DNA of 52,907 bases, from contig JAVCCP010000081.1 in the NCBI GenBank assembly GCA_030765405.1, forward strand, positions 1-52,907, given 5' to 3'. Position numbers and translations under genes: made by a program. Origin of the DNA: Candidatus Ancaeobacter aquaticus. Its GTDB lineage: Bacteria > Auribacterota > Ancaeobacteria > Ancaeobacterales > Ancaeobacteraceae. Positions 50,665 through 52,907 of this stretch are shown here, in pieces (position 1 is the stretch's first letter; the number at the start of each line of letters is the position of its first letter). The notes beneath the pieces were generated by a model that did no database searches, had not been told where the DNA came from, and was given only the letters and a program-made list of their open reading frames with translations.

Positions 50665-51019
50665 TATTTATTACCTGTTCAATAATATTAATGTCAAAAG
50701 GCTTGCCTATTTCCCCATAAGCTCCAAGTTTTATTTCGTTGAGATCTGTTTCCGGTGACCCATATGCAGTTATAATAATGACAATTGCAGTTGGATTGAT
50801 GTCCTTCATTTGCTTAAGAACATCAATCCCATTGGCCTTTCCCAACTTTAAATCAAGGAGGACAATATGCGGTTTGAGTTCTTTAAATTCGTCAATAGCC
50901 TCCAGAGCAGTTTCTGCTGTTTTGATGGTGTATCCCTTTAAACTAAGCATATCAAACAACAGTGTGCGAATATTTTCTTCGTCATCAACAACAAGAATTT
51001 TTATATTTTCATTATTCAT
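50633..51019 (-). CDS. Single-domain response regulator (CheY-like)
   Basis: ILVVDDE, VLLD, IITAY, GKPF. Confidence 0.92.
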   Translation of the reverse strand: MNNENIKILVVDDEENIRTLLFDMLSLKGYTIKTAETALEAIDEFKELKPHIVLLDLKLGKANGIDVLKQMKDINPTAIVIIITAYGSPETDLNEIKLGAYGEIGKPFDINIIEQVINNAIESHKERN

Positions 51020-51026
51020 AATAGCC

Positions 51027-52688
51027 TCAATTACAGGGTAATTTTATTGTAAATGTCGTTCCTACACCAATTTTACTGTGAACGCATAACTCACCGCCAA
51101 AGTTCTCTATAATATTTTTACTTACAGCCAGTCCTAATCCTGTACCGCTTCCTACTTCCCATTTTGTGTAAAATGGCTCAAAAATGTTTTCAATATCTTT
51201 CTTATCTACACCCACACCTGTATCTTTAAACTCGATATCCAAAAAATCATTTTGATGAGTTGTTATAGTTAAATCCCCTCCGCTTGACATTGCTTTCACC
51301 GCATTCAAAATTATATTGATAACGACCTGCATAAACTGATCGCCGTCAATTTGTATCTTCGGGATATCAGTATCATATCTTTTATACAGTGAGATGTTTC
51401 CCTTTTTTAGGTCAGCTGTCAATAAATTTAATGAATTATCTATTACATGATTAATATCAGACAGCTGAGTTTTTGTTTTATTAATTTTTGCAAAATTAAG
51501 CAAATTATTAAGAATTCTTGAAATCCTTTCTACTTCACTTTTTACAACAGTTAATATTTTTGTGGTATTTTCATCAGTAGCACTACGCATAAGTTGTTGC
51601 ACTCTGCCATAAATCGATGTGAGAGGATTATTTATTTCATGAGATAAATTTGCTGCCAGTTTACCTATCGCGGCAAATTTTTCTGATCGAATCAGTTGCT
51701 CATGTGTTTTTTTGACTTCGGTTTTCGCGTGCATTAAGTGTTCAATAAGCTGCGCATTATCTATAACGGAGGCTATTTGAAAGGCAAGTGGCTCTAATAT
51801 CTTTCTATCTTCTTCGTTGAAGGGTTTTTCATTGATCTTATTATTTATATTCAATACGCCTATCACCGTATCTTTGATCTTGAGGGGAACACATAAAAGT
51901 GAAGAGGTTAAATATCTCTCTTTGTTTCGTTCTTTAAATCTTCCATCATCAGCGATATTGGAAATCAAAAGCGATTTTCCCTCGGCTAACACCCATCCGG
52001 AAACACCTTCTCCAACTTTAATACTTGTTGAATCAATAATATTCTGCTGCAAGCCAGCGGCTTCTTTTATTTCAAGTTCTCCCGTAGCATCATTTATAAG
52101 CATCAGTGAACATATTTTTACTTTCATTGTGTAGGTAATTAGTAACACGATCATTTTAAATAATGTTTCAAGATTAAAAACTGAGCCGGTAATTTTACTT
52201 GCTTCATAAAGCAGGGATACTTTTAGATCTTTTTCTTTTATCAGTTCCAGAGATTGCGCATGGAGTATCTCATGCAGTTTATGGATTTCTGATGATGATC
52301 TGTTTTTTTCTGAAGCTCTGAGCACAATACAAGATATATATTCACAAGAGGTATAGTTTTCAATACATTCAAATGCACCTTGGGTTATATATTGAGTTAT
52401 CTCCTTTTCAGAAGGTTTTTTGGTAACGATAATATACTCAAAAGATGTTGCATGATTCTTTTTCCATTGCAATAAATCGTTGATTTTATAATCGATAGAA
52501 GTAAGGTTTATAATGAGAACTGTTATGGCATTGTTTCTGATAGCATTAAACAGATTCTTGTTGTTATCTTCATGTAAAACTGAAAAAGTCTTTGGAAGTG
52601 TAGATGTTAAGTCTTTATAAATTCTATCGGTAGTGTCAAAAACCAATATATTTTCATTTGTAACAGAACGCGTATCAATATTTTTCAT
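51027..52688 (-). CDS. Cytoplasmic GAF sensor histidine kinase with N-terminal pseudo-receiver
   Basis: GAF (GEGVSGWV, LLCVPL, IGVLNINNK), LSHEINNPL, NIILNAVKAM, GSGTGLGL; no TM. Confidence 0.92.
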   Translation of the reverse strand: MKNIDTRSVTNENILVFDTTDRIYKDLTSTLPKTFSVLHEDNNKNLFNAIRNNAITVLIINLTSIDYKINDLLQWKKNHATSFEYIIVTKKPSEKEITQYITQGAFECIENYTSCEYISCIVLRASEKNRSSSEIHKLHEILHAQSLELIKEKDLKVSLLYEASKITGSVFNLETLFKMIVLLITYTMKVKICSLMLINDATGELEIKEAAGLQQNIIDSTSIKVGEGVSGWVLAEGKSLLISNIADDGRFKERNKERYLTSSLLCVPLKIKDTVIGVLNINNKINEKPFNEEDRKILEPLAFQIASVIDNAQLIEHLMHAKTEVKKTHEQLIRSEKFAAIGKLAANLSHEINNPLTSIYGRVQQLMRSATDENTTKILTVVKSEVERISRILNNLLNFAKINKTKTQLSDINHVIDNSLNLLTADLKKGNISLYKRYDTDIPKIQIDGDQFMQVVINIILNAVKAMSSGGDLTITTHQNDFLDIEFKDTGVGVDKKDIENIFEPFYTKWEVGSGTGLGLAVSKNIIENFGGELCVHSKIGVGTTFTIKLPCN

Positions 52689-52907
52689 TTTTACCTGTTA
52701 AACTAGTTTATGTGTCGTTTAAATTATTAGTCTGATATTGTACAAACATTAGTGATGAAAATCAAGCAATATGTATAACAGACAACGATTCCGCAACAAT
52801 ACGCATAAGGTATGATTTTAAGCTTAATTAGAGGTTTTTAAACAAAGGGTCATATTCGCGAAAGGATTTCGCTTAAAAAATTGGATTACAAAAGACGATT
52901 ATATCTA

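Noticed and set aside
25693..52688. Numerous 60-200 aa plus-strand ORFs in the right half
   Set aside because: All are antisense shadows of well-supported minus-strand genes and lack motifs or RBSs.

Overview
AT-rich bacterial chromosome segment. The H-X9-DG prepilin, the PEP-CTERM protein and two very large signal-peptide proteins point to a PVC-superphylum or related candidate-phylum organism (inference only). The left half (1-25.7 kb) holds a 1488-aa exported-looking dikinase-domain protein, tRNA-Leu(CAA), a nfeD-nfeD-floA operon, cupin plus nucleoside transporter, tRNA-Ala(GGC) followed by a 103-nt tRNA/tmRNA-like element, trxA-trxB-gpmI, a sigma54 two-component pair, clpB, a PEP-CTERM gene, a decayed IS and a 1101-aa HEAT/HExxH protein. 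A dif-like XerCD site at 24996-25023 lies close to where gene orientation flips, which suggests the replication terminus, yet a phased trio of DnaA-box-like motifs sits about 60 bp from it. The right half (25.7-52.7 kb) is one co-directional minus-strand exopolysaccharide locus. It has no ordinary Wza. Instead it encodes a polysaccharide-export (OPX D1-like) domain fused to a secretin, beside a split Wzc. It also has a WecA/MraY-type transferase fused to an intact receiver domain, a GHKL ATPase-TM-TPR fusion, a head-of-operon phosphorelay and an unannotated exosortase remnant. This locus is the best candidate for an undescribed system. Domain calls come from motif recognition, not database searches.
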